From Felis catus (taxonomy: Eukaryota), in NCBI RefSeq assembly GCF_018350175.1, contig NC_058368.1, positions 100,380,001 through 100,444,000 on the forward strand: 64,000 nucleotides of DNA, read 5' to 3'. This document shows positions 36,783 to 49,414 of the stretch, piece after piece. The notes below the pieces were generated by a model, which made no database searches, was not told the origin of the DNA, and saw nothing but the letters and a program-made list of their open reading frames with translations. The translations under genes and the position numbers were made by a program. The first letter of the stretch is position 1; each line of letters starts with the position of its first letter.

Positions 36783-38057
36783 GTCTTGCTTGGTAGTTTA
36801 ATCTTTACAAACACTGAAAGGTAGGAGAAGGAAGCCAAGATAACAGGCCTGATGTAGTCCGTAATGCTCTCTGTGCATAGTGCTGTTGCGTCTACTCCTG
36901 TCTAAAAGGGAATCGAGATTGTCATCTGTGTTCCATACATTCTCGATAATAATTGCCAAGCAAATCCACTCTAGAAATCAAACAATCTTTGCAAAATCAA
37001 GAGTAAAGCATGACCACTTCAGGTGCGCCAGAAATTTTGGAACTTGGAATTGTATAGTTTCCTGTACATAACTGAGTAGGGGATCCAGTTCCAAAATTAT
37101 TCCATAGTTCCTTTCCAGAAGCCGGTGCAAGACACGACTGGCTACAGTCCAGGCTCTATCTCCCAGTGCTAGAAATGTTTCCTTTTTCTTCCCAGATATT
37201 TTCTTTTTGTTTGGGCCTTATTAGGTCATAGTTTTGTCCTTGTAGAATTGATAAGTTTTCATCTACCACAAAGAGTAAATCATATTCTCAGTGAATGAAT
37301 AACATTCCAATTCCCTTTTAAAAACTATTTTTCTCTTTAACTCTCTCTCAACCTCCATAAGTCATTCACATTCCTTGTGGGATCAGGGTGGCAGATGAGA
37401 CAGGACTGTCATGGAAGGACCCTGGAGAGGGGTCGGAGATGGTCAGGACTGTCCTGAGATCCTGGTTTGATTTCAGGGGGGTTCCCACTGCCGTATCAGC
37501 CCACACAGAATCTTCGTGTTAGGAGATCTTCTGTTCCTCTTTCCAAATGCAGGATTCCCATCTTTGGCTCCTGGAGGATCCTTCCCAACTTCTAGATGAA
37601 CAGTTTCTTGCTGGTGTGGTTATGATCTCAAAAAGCAGCCCATTCCACTTAAGCCCATTGCAGTCGCCATTGGTAAGAAGTCTTCTGAAATGGGTGTTTC
37701 TGAAACTTCCTCTAAGATCTGCCCCTGGAGTCAAATTTTCCTTTTACATGGTGGCTCTTTATAAAATTATGAGAGGGAGAAGATATTCTCTTCTCCAGCT
37801 TAGATATTTCCTTAGCGTTGCCACATGAGACTGAGTTTTCCGACCACCGGCTGTCTTGACCTCCTTATTCTGTCTCAGGACATAACAGCTTGCCTCTGGC
37901 CTTCTTAAAAGTGGCATGTAGAACCGAATATGTTGTCACTTTCTTGTGTTTATGTGTGTGTTACTATTTTTTCTATTATACATTATTTTGTCTTGGGCCG
38001 CTACTATAAGCATAGATTTCTCTCCTTCCTCTTTCCAGAAAGAATATCAAATATTAA

Positions 38058-38257
38058 ATTTATTTTTATAATATTTATGTACTTTGAGAGATAGAGAGTA
38101 GGGGAGGGGCAGAAAGAGAGGGAAAGAGAATCTGAAGCAGGCTCCGTGCTGTCAGTGCAGAGCCTGATGCGGGGCTCGATCTCACAAACCATGAGATCAT
38201 GACCGGAGCTGAAACCAAGAGTCAGAAGTTCAACCAACTAAGCCACCCAGGTGCCCC
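38058..38257 (-). mobile_element. CanSINE
   Basis: TSD ATCAAATATTAAATTTA. Confidence 0.92.
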
Positions 38258-38281
38258 ATCAAATATTAAATTTATGTTAAA

Positions 38282-38312
38282 TCTCTCTCTCTCTCTGTCA
38301 CACACGCATGCG

Positions 38313-38358
<46 letters not shown>
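38282..38358. repeat. Compound microsatellite (CT)n-(CA)-(CG)n-(CA)n
   Basis: Visible directly; long alternating purine-pyrimidine run. Confidence 0.95.
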
Positions 38359-38360
<2 letters not shown>

Positions 38361-39176
38361 TTTAAAAGTGCCTCTAGGCTTAAAAACTAAGGTCTTATCA
38401 AGCTCTTAGGTTCTAGTGTAAGTTCATTGTCAGCCTTTAGATTTTAGAAATAATGAAATGATCCCCCAAATTATTTGCAAGAATTTTGAACTAATAAGCT
38501 AATGCTCAAAACTACAAAAAGACCAATCTTTATGAAGATTTGTCAGAGCAGCCCTGACCTCTGGAGTTTCTCCAGAGTGAGATTCTCCAATATCTTACCT
38601 AGCCTTTTGAATAAGACAAAAGGAAGGATCATCATAATCATTTCCTTTGAAGACGAAGTCGAAGTATTAAACCGACTAGCTATGCAATATAATGTTTTAT
38701 GGACCAGTTCCGGGATCTCTTTGGGTAAGGGGTGGTAGGTGGAAAAAGATCTGTACCCTTTTCTCTCATGATGATGATCATGCCTGCTGTTTTTTCTATT
38801 TAGACTCTGCTGGAGAGGAGAAAGGGCAATTTGTTTGGCATTGCAGTTTGTGAGCACCCAAAGTGATACAATTAAGGGCTAAGGATGTGTGGGGAACTCT
38901 GACCTAGTTGGTTCAAAGACATGCCCATGTTTCAGAGCAAGCCGGAGGGCAAACTAGAAGAGTCCCAGAATTAGTAGGAAATAGCTTGTCTGAGCTGGCT
39001 TTCTCCTACTTAATACTACTTAATTTTGGCCAAACTATTCTTGTGTTTTCCCATCTGTAAAATGGAAAGGATATGGTTGCACACCATGATACATACCCTC
39101 TGCCTCCTCACAGAGTTGTAATAAATAAAGTCAGATGTAAAAAAAAATTAAAAGTGACTTGAAAACATCAAATGTC

Positions 39177-39386
39177 TGGGGCAGCTGGGTGGCTCAGTCA
39201 GTTGAGCGTCCAACTTCGGTTCAGGTCGTGATCTCAAGGTTGACAAGTTAGAGCCCCATGTCGGGCTCTGTGCTGACAGCTCAGACTGGAGCCTGCTTCG
39301 GCTTCTGTGTCTCCCTCCTTCACTCTGCCCCTCTCCCACTCACGCTCTGTCTCTGTCTCAAAAATAAACATTAAAAAAAAAAAAGA
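39177..39386 (+). mobile_element. CanSINE at the end of a MIR fragment (~39000-39140)
   Basis: TSD CATCAAATGTCTG. Confidence 0.92.
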
Positions 39387-39474
39387 AACCATCAAATGTC
39401 TGATACAGGCACAGTTTAACACTGCAGTTTTGGCAAACTGGGAAAAGGGAGAAAAGCCAATTGAACATCAACAG

Positions 39475-39620
39475 CCCCGGCTGTGTGTCTATGAGGCAGT
39501 TATAGAACCTCTCTGAGCCTCGATTTCCTTATCTCCACAAAAGAAATTCTAAAGATATTTGTCTTTCAGAGCCTTTATGAAACATAAGTGGGAAAGTAGA
39601 TGTAGAAGCACCCAGGCCCT
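39475..39620 (+). mobile_element. MIR fragment
   Basis: AACCTCTCTGAGCCTCGATTTCCTTATCT. Confidence 0.7.
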
Positions 39621-39984
39621 GGGTGTAAAGTTTGTTCCAGACCGAGCACCAGACCTAGACCCCAGTGCAAAGTTTTGCTTCACTACTGTTCCTGTGGGCA
39701 AACAGGAAGTATCAGCAGCCCTCCCCTAGGAGCTAGAGCAGCGAGGGTCAGTTTGTTATGGTGAAGTCTCTTGCTTGATGGCAAACATTCACTTGTATTT
39801 TCTCCAAGCATGCCAGAAAATGTAATACTCTAAGAAAATGTGCTGTGTTTACACTCCAGCTTTGGAAATAATCCCCTGACCACCCCAGCTTGCCCCTCTG
39901 CCCTCCACCCTTCAAGACCCCTTTTTTTTTGGAGCACAACAGCAGTAGGTGTTCAGTTGGTGTTCTCCATCTTTCTGGAAATTC

Positions 39985-40335
39985 TGCTCAAGAACTCTCC
40001 ACCTTTGCCCACGCTGTAATCACTGCCTGGGACACCTACCCCCCCCGCCCCACCGCAGCCCTACAGCTCCCCTCACCATTCATACCCTCGTTCCTCAGTG
40101 TACAGCTTAGACCTTACCCATCCCAGTCAGACTGCCTCATCTCCAGGGTCTAGGTTGGCTGTCTCAGGATTCCTGTGTATTTATTTCTCTCAGCAAGGAC
40201 TACATTTTATTGTCATGACTTGTTTGCTCCTCTGTGTCACCTTGGACTGCGTGCCCTGTACGGGTGTGGAGAACAGTGTATTATTGCCCAGAATTTACCT
40301 ACAGGGATAGTTCATAAATGAAGAAGTGGATGAAA
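39985..40335 (+). mobile_element. L2 3' relic
   Basis: CTTTGCCCACGCTGT...TGCCTGG start and an AAATGAAGAAGTGGATGAA-like end. Confidence 0.5.
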
Positions 40336-40737
40336 TCTCCAGAGCTCATGCTTTCTGCCTTAACCCCTCGTGTATACTTCTTGGCTCTCCTTCAGTTGCC
40401 TCTTTCCAGTAGAAATTTCTTGCCTCTATCATTTTTCTCCTTCAAGACTGGGCATTTAGCGACTGCCATGCTTCTGGCCACTGTTGAATCAAAGAGTCAA
40501 AGAAACTGAATCCAACATTTGGAATGAGTTGCTTCCTTGCCAACCAAGCTACTGAGCCAAGTGGGGACGACATTTCATATATTTCACTTTTTTCCACCCA
40601 TGCCTTCCAGTACTTAGTGTATGATTTGGGAGGTGGGGGGGGGGCGGGGGGAGCTCTTGTTATAATAAAGGAAGTAAGTCCAGTATCGAATGTGCAAGCT
40701 TTCAAACTGAAAATGTATCCCCGTACAGATTTGGCTC

Positions 40738-40783
40738 TGTGTGTGTGTGTGCGTGTGTGTGTGCGCGCCCGCACGCGTGTGTG
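40738..40783. repeat. (TG)/(CG) compound microsatellite
   Basis: Visible directly. Confidence 0.9.
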
Positions 40784-41700
40784 TAGGGATGTAGGCTGCT
40801 ATGTTTTCCCAAGTACTGGTGAGTTAAAGAGCAAAGAAAGCAGCTGTAATGCAAATCGAGTGAGGTTACCTCATCCCCGACAAAGCACTCTGCTCATTTA
40901 TTTTGACAAGCCCAACTTGGGTTTAATTACCAAGCCTTGTAGCAAACTGGTAAACGGAGCAGTAGTGACTTTGGCAGAAAAGGAGAGATCTGTGTAACGT
41001 GAGCCTCCAGAATGAGTCCATGCTGACTCCTTGTAAAATGGAGTGAGGCAATTCATTTTAAGAAGAATTTCGGTAGAGCAGTTTAGGTAACGTGTGACTG
41101 TAGTCACAAATCCGTGGGTCTTTTATGAGCCAGGCACACCGGAATGTGTCCATTAAGTCAGGGTAATTTCTCACAGAAATTCTGTTGGCCCTTCCAAGCT
41201 TTTTCCACTGATGATGCCATCATCCAACAGACTTTTGGAAGCCTTCATTTTGAATTACTTTTAGAGCCTGTTTTCAAGTCACAACCAAAAAGTTAAAAAT
41301 ATCACCTGAAGACCAGCACAGCACTAGAGTGAGGGAAGGCTTTTTTTTTTTTTAATAAATTGCTTGCCTTTTATTATCCAGTTGGTCTTAGTTACTTTGA
41401 GCTCCTGCCCCAGATTGAGCCTTCCCTCGAAAGAAACAGTTGGACCATCCCTGAGGTCCCCTATGAGAGGGTGACATGGTGTTGATAGACCCATTAGGGC
41501 CATGAGCCCCTCTGTACACTTTAATAGGCACTTGGAGGGACTTCTGTTCCTGGCAGATTATCAAAACGCCATGAGAATAGAAAAACTCCTTCCAGACATG
41601 GTGAACAGTTGGTGCTCAGGATGTTGTTCTTTATCTCCTCTAGCTGAGCAGCCACTCAGAGTTTGGGTGAAGTTTCTCCCACTACTTTTGGGGAAGTAGT

Positions 41701-41755
41701 AAAAGAAGGGGGAAATGTGTCACCATCATCAAAAGAAGGGGGAAATGTGTCACCA
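41701..41755. repeat. 25-bp direct repeat with 30-bp period
   Basis: AAAAGAAGGGGGAAATGTGTCACCA at 41701 and 41731, spacer TCATC. Confidence 0.93.
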
Positions 41756-42110
41756 ACAGGTTCTGCACAGCCTCCAGGTCCCAGCCACCTAGGCCCGTGT
41801 CTCCACATTCTACTATTTCACTTCTTTTTTCCCTCCTGTAAATTTTCCTACGGAAGTTGGTAGCACTCAACCATTAGAACCTGTTTCCTTTACCTTTCTC
41901 TGCTCTGTCACTCACTGACTACCTTCCATCTTCCATCTTTCCCCAGACCTTAAAAAAAACTAAGCACAGAGCCTACCTGCCTCAGTGAGTAACAAACTGA
42001 AAGTTGCTGGCACTGATAAAGAGAAATGGAAAGCCCGGCTGAGACTGACAGGGAATGATTTCAGCCAGTCAACAGTACCCAAGGCGGACAGATCTTGTAA
42101 GAGGTGTGTT

Positions 42111-42295
42111 GGGGCGCTGCTCAGTCGGTTAAGCGTCCAACTCAGGTCATGATCTCACAGTCTCATGAGTTCAAGTCCCACCTCGGGCTCTGTGCTGACA
42201 GCGCAGAGCCTGCTTGGGATTCTCTCTCTCCCTCCCCCTCCCCCACTCACATTATCTGTCTCTCTCAAAATAAAGAAATAAACATAAAAAAAAAT
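42111..42295 (+). mobile_element. CanSINE
   Basis: Head GGGGCGCTGCTCAGTCGGTTAAGCG; TSD-like AGGTGTGT. Confidence 0.9.
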
Positions 42296-42638
42296 ATTAG
42301 GTGTGTGGGGTGAAGGGGGACAGCATTACAAAAGAAAGCCCTTAGGACCTCAGAGAATCTGGGACAGGTGACTGCCGCTTGGAGGGTGAGGGCTGATGGG
42401 GAGGGGGAACGGAACAAATTTATAAATGACCGGGTTTCCAGATCTCAGAGGGGCCCAAGGCCAACTATGATGCATAGCAATAAAAATTTCATGTAAAGGA
42501 TTTTAAGCTCGACTGCCCTTTCTGGGGAGGCTGAAAAATATTTTTCACCTAAGTGCAAACCCACTCTGTTCGGCCCTGCATAAGGTTAGCTCTCTTGCAT
42601 CCAAGCTGCTAGCCTGGCCAGATGGAGGGTGGCCTTGG

Positions 42639-42639
<1 letters not shown>

Positions 42640-42673
<34 letters not shown>
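42640..42673. repeat. (TG)n microsatellite
   Basis: Visible directly. Confidence 0.95.
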
Positions 42674-42680
<7 letters not shown>

Positions 42681-43089
42681 TTGCACTTGACACAGCTGGC
42701 ACCCTTGCCTCTGGTCACAACAGTGAAGTGGCTCCCCGTAAATCTCACGTAAATCTCCAACACCGATTTCAACAAAGCAAGAACCCTTCCTTCCTCCGGG
42801 GTGAAGTGAAGGAAACACAGTCCCCACCTTGCAACATTTTATGACCTTGGTGGAGGCTTTCTTTCTCTAGACCTTAGAGCAAATGGAGGCTCCACAAAAG
42901 TATGAATCGTAACAACCTGGTAATTTTTTTTTGTAAGAAATTGTTGCTGTTGTGGCATGAGAATTTAAAACAATCTCAGAATACAAATTTGATCTTGGAA
43001 TACAAATGAAATAAACATGATTTGTCAGGAGGCACTAACAGAAAGGGGTGGATGGTCCTTATTGTTTCAAGCCGAATTCCTTCCAAGGA

Positions 43090-43410
43090 TCACACACGCA
43101 GATGCCCCCAAGGCCAGGCAGGGCTCAGTGAGGAGAGCAGAAAAGGGGAGCTGGTGAACTGGGAGCACAAGCCTGTCTCTGAGGCAGCTCAGCTGTAGCC
43201 AGTTGTTGTCATGGGGAATATGGATCCGTGTTGGCCAGAACTTCAGATATTTTTAAAGCAAAGCCAGAAATCCAGAATTTTATGTGAAATCACCCAAGGT
43301 CTACAAATTGGCAACTAACTCGGTTTTTTTAAAAAACATTGCTAGGGCCAGACACATCACATCTGTGGGCCAGACTCCACGCACGGGGGCATCCTGTGTG
43401 TGTCCTCTGT
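43090..43410 (+). mobile_element. MER102-like hAT-Charlie element
   Basis: AAGCCAGAAATCCAGAATTTTATGTGAAATC...TTGGCAACTAA...CATCTGTGGGCCAGA. Confidence 0.75.
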
Positions 43411-44067
43411 AGCTGTGTATTCCCTTAGAGCATGTGGTCAGGAAAGGGGGCCCACTGCTTTCCACTGTGGGCTGGTGTGTGCGGTGGGACGGTGTCCCTA
43501 GAGCAGGATGAGAAAAGCGCCCGCAGCCCAGCTCCGTTTCCTTATCGTGTTGGAAGACTATCCGCAGCTGCTCTAAGCTGACCTCATCCCTTCCCATCTC
43601 ATCCCGAATTCCTCGGAAGGGAGTGTCCAGCCATGCCAGGTGCCCCGTGGAAGGGCAGATGCAGAGGGCGGGGGCAATGTCATGATCCCTTGGGACAACT
43701 GTAGCCTCGCTGTCTACTGAAAAGGAGCAATGAATTTTGGGAACGTGGCCGGATCGGTGAACCATGGGCATTTCTGCACTTGTACAAACGAGGATGTAAC
43801 ACTTTCAAGGTGGCCCCTGGGAAGAGAGAAGCACTGAAACCAGACAAGAGGAACTGGGAGGTAGAGAAAATAAGGCATCTTAAGGAGATGACTGCATCTG
43901 GAAGCCCATTAGGAGTAGAGAAGGGTCCTGGATGCCTTGACCCCTTGATCTGAGTGTGGACCACCCAGCCCATTGAGATAATTATATGCAGCGGCTGAGG
44001 TCTTCCTCTCATGAGCTGGAACTCTTATAACTTGTGTTCTGGCCTACGGAATAGAGAATCTCACTGC

Positions 44068-44280
44068 TGGGACGCCTGGGTGGCTCAGTCAGTTAAGTGT
44101 CCAACTTCAGCTCAGGTCATGATCTCAAGATTTGTGAGTTCGAACCCAGAACTGGGGTCTCTGCTGTCAGCCCAGAGCCTGCATTGGATCCTTTGTCTCC
44201 CTCTCTCTCTCTCTCTCTCTCTGCTCCTCCCCCACTCTCTCTCTCTCTCAAAAATAAATAAACATTAAAAAGAAAAAAAG
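44068..44280 (+). mobile_element. CanSINE
   Basis: TSD AGAATCTCACT. Confidence 0.92.
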
Positions 44281-44917
44281 AATCTCACTACCATCTCCAA
44301 GTGTAGTGTAAAGATTGTCTGCTTTAACGTCATGCTTTATATCATCCACTGGCTGTGTCCCATTAGAATGGCTGCACTAGAGTAGATATTGCTCTTTATA
44401 TCATCAGAACACCTCAAATAGGGGCTCACTGATTACTTGTTAATTTGCTTCGGTAAGACGTGTTCATACGCGTTTTATATGTGGTCTGTATTTCTAGGTA
44501 CTTAGAGATCCACTCTATCCCTGGCTTTGATGCATGGTTTTCTGCTGCTTCTCCCCATGTATCCATGTTTCTGGTGATATGCTTTTGTCTGTGTGCTGTC
44601 CTCACCCCCACTATTATCATGTGTTCACCAAGACCATAGGATCAGAGTCTGTATGTCAACAATTCAACGTGGAGCACAGATGTAGGGAAAAGAAATTAGA
44701 CTGGAAGAAAGTCTGTTAGCTGATGAGCTAGAATCCAGATAGCCTGGGTTGTCCCAGAATCCACCAGAATGGAAGAGAAAGTTATTTTGTGTAGTTTGCA
44801 AGTATGAGTGTGTATATTTTTCTCTGCACATCTTTGTGAGGATTGAAGTGATATATTTTTGTACCAAGCAATTTACTTAAGGACCTCTTTTAAGATTTCT
44901 TATAAACATTAAGATTT

Positions 44918-45175
44918 CTGGATATGTATATATCTATGTATCTATATATACATATATCTGGGATATATATATATAACAAATATTATATTACTAGATATAA
45001 TATATAAATATATACTAGCAGTATGTATTAATAGTCATTATTTAATATCCATTATTTATTAGGATAATTAACATAATTATTGTGAAATTATTACAATTTT
45101 GTTAATAATATTAACATGTAATATGTAACCTTGATTTGCAATATTATATATGTATATAACAAATACAAATTAATT
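44918..45175. repeat. AT-rich low-complexity (TA)-like tract
   Basis: Visible directly. Confidence 0.8.
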
Positions 45176-45225
45176 TTCTTTTCATTTTCATTTTAAACTT
45201 TAACGTGATTTCAGAAGAACTTTTA

Positions 45226-45392
45226 GGGGTACCTGGGTGGCTCAGTCGGTTAAGCATCTGACACTGGCTCAGATCATGATCTCGTGGTTCATGGGTTTGA
45301 GCCCCACATCAGGCTCTGTGCTGACAGCTCAGAGCCTGGAACCTGCTTTGAATTCTGTGTCTGCCTCTCTCTCTGCCCCTCCCCCACTCATG

Positions 45393-45431
<39 letters not shown>

Positions 45432-45740
45432 AAAAATAAATAAACATTAAAAAAAATTCTCAATGGGTAATCTCATTTGAACATGGTAGTAACATCCTAA
45501 TCCTTTCTTGGATCAGCTCTGTATCCATTATAATTAAAAATATGTGAAAGGTGCATGAGTGGCTCAGTTGGTTAAGCATTCAATTCTGATTTCAGTCAGG
45601 GCAAGATACCAAAGTTCATGGGTTCAAGCCCCGCATCGGGCTCGGCCCTGACAGCACAGAACCTGCTTGGAATCCCCTCTCTCTGCCCCTGCACCTCTCA
45701 TTCTTTCTCTCTCACACACACAAAATAAATAATAAATAAG
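45226..45740 (+). mobile_element. Two tandem CanSINEs (45226-45456 and ~45549-45740)
   Basis: Each has a GTGGCTCAG head, CT tract and A-rich tail. Confidence 0.9.
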
Positions 45741-47077
45741 AGAATACATAAAACTTATAAATAAGCTTAAATGTATGTGTAAAAATGGTATATGCATGCG
45801 GGAAGAAGAGGAAATACTGAGAATTAAATCAGCTGATGGTTCTGAGTTATGGATAGCAAGTGATTCCCTCCCCCCATTTATTGTAATTAAACCATTTGTG
45901 TAACTTAAAAACAAACAAACAAACAAAAAAAAAACAACAAGAATGCCTCAAAATGAGAAAGCAATGCCCCCAGAGTAAGAGTTCCCTTTTCAAAAACAGG
46001 CATTTTTACACTCTCAGTCTTACACTTATGAAACCCATTTTTATCAGCCTGGATTTATTTCCACTTTCCAATAATGTATTCCTTAGTGGTCTTATTTCTT
46101 GGTCTCATCAAGATACCCCTTGATTAGAAAACCGAACGAGGGAAAAACTAAATTATTTCTGATGCTCCAGTCTGCGTACCTAAGATAGTTTCTGTAATAC
46201 CAAAGACAAGTTCCTGGAAATGCAGTCTTTTTCCATCTCCAAGGCGGCTGTGCGGGAGATGCTGTGCACTAAGGCACCGCCAGGAGATCTATATTTCTGT
46301 TCTTGACATCTGTAGGTGCCACTGCCACCGCCAATGGTGATGATGATAAGTGATGGGAAAATGAACTGGGAGGTGATGTATCTTCCTTGACAGATTTAAA
46401 GGATTGCCGCGGGCAGCCCCGAGGCAAGTGCTGACTGAGGACATTCTGGCGCCTGCGTGGGTCACCGTGGCACAGTCAGGCAAAGCTGTGAAGAGCTGGG
46501 AGCAGTGCGCAGACTCTGTGCTTTTGATCTCTGCCTGGATCCTTTTTGTGCATTGGGGGTGCGGGGGTGGGGGAACTGGACGCTGTACTATAGAGTCTGA
46601 AGCATCCGTTGCTGTGGGTTAGTTGGTCTCCGTCGTGTACTTGGGTCATTCCTGTGGGGAGCCGGTGTTGACGGCGCCGTGTGCAGCTTCCAAGGCTATG
46701 CCCGCAGTAAACAGGGGAATAGGGTGAATACCCTAAGATTTTGAGGCTTTCACCCAGGGTGCGGTAAGTGCTGGTTGTGGGCTGGGTGCCTCCTAATATT
46801 GGTCAGCGGGGAAGTGTCTGACCTGAGCTATGGCTCTAGCAAACCCAGGCAGATACAGACCTAGGTGAAACAAAGGACCCTGGCTGCTCCCTGGGGAGCC
46901 TGGGGTGCTGTGCTTCCTGCTTCTGGAAAGCCAGGCCTGGGGTAATATCCAAAGAGAGGAAAGGAGCTAGCGCCCAGTTACCCTACTCATTTTGCTGGTT
47001 TAAACAGACCTAGGATTTTTGGTTGTAAAACAGCTAGTAACCCTTTGGCTTTTCTTTTTTGCTTCTATCTTTTCCAG

Positions 47078-47124
47078 AGCTTTTATAAACATTTGACTTT
47101 ACTCAAAATGTGCAAAGAAGAATA
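47078..47124 (+). other. SNCAIP: 5' UTR portion of the SNCAIP start-codon exon, containing the uORF MCKEE* (47108-47125)
   Basis: Lies between the acceptor AG (47076-47077) and the main ATG; reads ATG TGC AAA GAA GAA TAA. Confidence 0.85.
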
Positions 47125-47181
47125 ATGGAAGCCCCTGAATACCTGGATTTGGATGAAATTGACTTCAGTGATGACATATCT
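47125..47181 (+). CDS. SNCAIP: Synphilin-1, first coding exon (exon 47078-47181; coding part MEAPEYLDLDEIDFSDDIS)
   Basis: Polypyrimidine tract and CAG acceptor ending at 47077; ATG in ATAATGG context at 47125; GTAAGT donor at 47182, phase 0. The peptide matches the known synphilin-1 N-terminus. Confidence 0.96.
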
Positions 47182-48402
47182 GTAAGTCATACTTCTTGCA
47201 AACAATGCTTCAGGAGGTTCTGCCTTTACCTGTAATCTGCGGATCCTGAACTCTTCCAATCGCGTTTAGCAGTTGATGGCAGATGGAATGTGGCTTTGGG
47301 GTCCCCTGGACCAAGAAGTGAATCTCACTTAATTGTGTGTATGGCATGGTGTGTGTGGGGGCGGGGTGGGAAAGGCATATGACCTCATTGAGCTCCCCCC
47401 TTCCTAATTGTTGTCGAAATTATTCACCGAGAAAATTTATAAAATGCCTGCAGAGAGCACATGATCAACCCTATCAGTGATAATTCCCTTTATAGGACTG
47501 GCTTTACCGCAGCCAGCTTTCTCTGGAGCTCACAAGGACACGACGGCCAAGCTGTTCACTGATGAACAAACAGTAAGAGGAATCCTTCCAGGCACTGTAG
47601 GTGTCAAAGCACAGGTTGGATGCTATCGGGGAATACTGAGAGTCATGTGTTGATGAGGACTGGGCCAGCTCCTCTCTGAGGCCCTGTTTAATCCTGTGAA
47701 GCTCTGAGCTGATGAACTTCTTCATTGTCAGGAGCCACCACCTTCTTGCTGCCTCCAGCCTATCTCACCGTGGCTCTGAGGGGTCCTCTGTACTCACCCT
47801 GCCTAGAAGTGACTGTGACTTGTCTCAGGCCACACGGTCATTTCTGCCTCCGAGACCAGCCAGCAGCCTTGTTGGCTGCTCACAACCCCAGATAAACCGG
47901 CTCTCAGAATATGTGATGAGAAGGTTGCTCTTTCTAAACTAGCCATATAACTTTTCTTCCCAGGACCTCCGTGGTCACAATTGCTGACCCTACTTTTCAT
48001 CACTGTCTCAGGGCATGGAGCTTTGGGTCACCACTAGAAATGGTGTCAAAAAAGATAAGCTTCTTTTCACACACCTCTGGCAAAGTTATTTCTCTACTCC
48101 GCTATTCGCTATTCACTTTGAAGTAAAACTTGCATACTGTATGCAAGGATTGGATTCCTCGGGTGAGTTTGATGAATGATCTTCTTTATACAACCTTGGA
48201 TGATTCTTGGTGTGCCAGGGAAATGTGAATGCTGCCTCTCCCTATTTTAGCTTCCAGACAATCTTTATTAATCCTCATTGAGACCAATGCAAAGTGAGTT
48301 TCTTCCTTCCCACCTTATCTTTCTGTCTCTTTCTCTCTTTTTTAAGTTACTATACTTAAAAGTGTTCAGAACATGGTTCTGTTATAGCATTGACCTTGAA
48401 GT

Positions 48403-48425
48403 ATTTTTTTAAGTGTATTTATTTT

Positions 48426-48456
<31 letters not shown>

Positions 48457-48615
48457 AGAGTGGGGAGAGGGCCAGAGAGGGAGAGGGAGAATCCCAAGCA
48501 GGCTCCAAGTTCAACACAGAGCCCAACTTGGGGCTCGAGCTCATGAGCACGAGCTCACAACCAGAGCTGAAATCAGGAGTTCAGCAGTCAACCAACTGAG
48601 CCACCCAGGCACCCC
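48403..48615 (-). mobile_element. CanSINE
   Basis: TSD-like ACCTTGAAGTATTTT / ACCTCGAGGTATTTT. Confidence 0.92.
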
Positions 48616-48779
48616 TCACCTCGAGGTATTTTGAGCCTAGCGGGGAGAAGCAAAGGAAGTAAAGAATAATGTGGGGAGATGTAGGGAGTGTGGAAGCTGT
48701 CTTAGAAAGAAAAACATACATTATGATTAGGAGTTCAGAGTAGCTCTCTTAGCTTTGATAATGAAGCATCATTTAAGGA

Positions 48780-48975
48780 GCTTGGGGTTTGGAAGGCCCC
48801 TGTTGGGCTCCAGCCTTGTCCTGACCTGTGCTGACTGGAGAGCAGTAACTTTGCCTCTCCTAGATACCCACCAACTTTTACTGCTGTGTTGAGGATTGAG
48901 TGAAATAATAATATATGTGGAGCACGCAGCTTGGCACACTGTTAAGTTGCCCTTAAAAATGGTAGCTTTTGCTAT
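48780..48975 (+). mobile_element. MIR
   Basis: TGTGTTGAGGATTGAGTGAAATAATAATATATGT...TTGGCACA. Confidence 0.6.
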
Positions 48976-49414
48976 CATTTCAGTGAATAATAACAGTAAT
49001 ATTTATATGGCCAATGGTGAAGAAAGAACTCAAGGGAAAAAACCAGGCATCATGTCAGGACTTTTTTTTTTTTTTTTTTAAATACAATAGAGCATTTGTA
49101 CTTATAGAAGAATCATCTGGCAGCAGCCTATAATTTTGATGAATTAGGGATCTCCACTTGAAAGATAATAAACCACGTTAAGCAATAGCCCACGCTGTTT
49201 AGCAAATCGGGATACGGGATTATGTAATAGTCGAGCTCCTACAACTTGACCACTCTGAAACATAAATAAAGATTATCCATCTGTAATTGTGTAACTGCAC
49301 TCAAACCTTCCCCCACCCCTTTAAAGATGTTCTATTGTTTGGATCTTTAACCTGCATTTAAACTTAAATCAGAGGGGGGAAAAGAATGATACTGCGTGGA
49401 ATGGTTGAAACAAT

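Noticed and set aside
41701..41755. Direct repeats as a CRISPR-like array
   Set aside because: Only two copies with a 5-bp spacer, in a mammalian intron.
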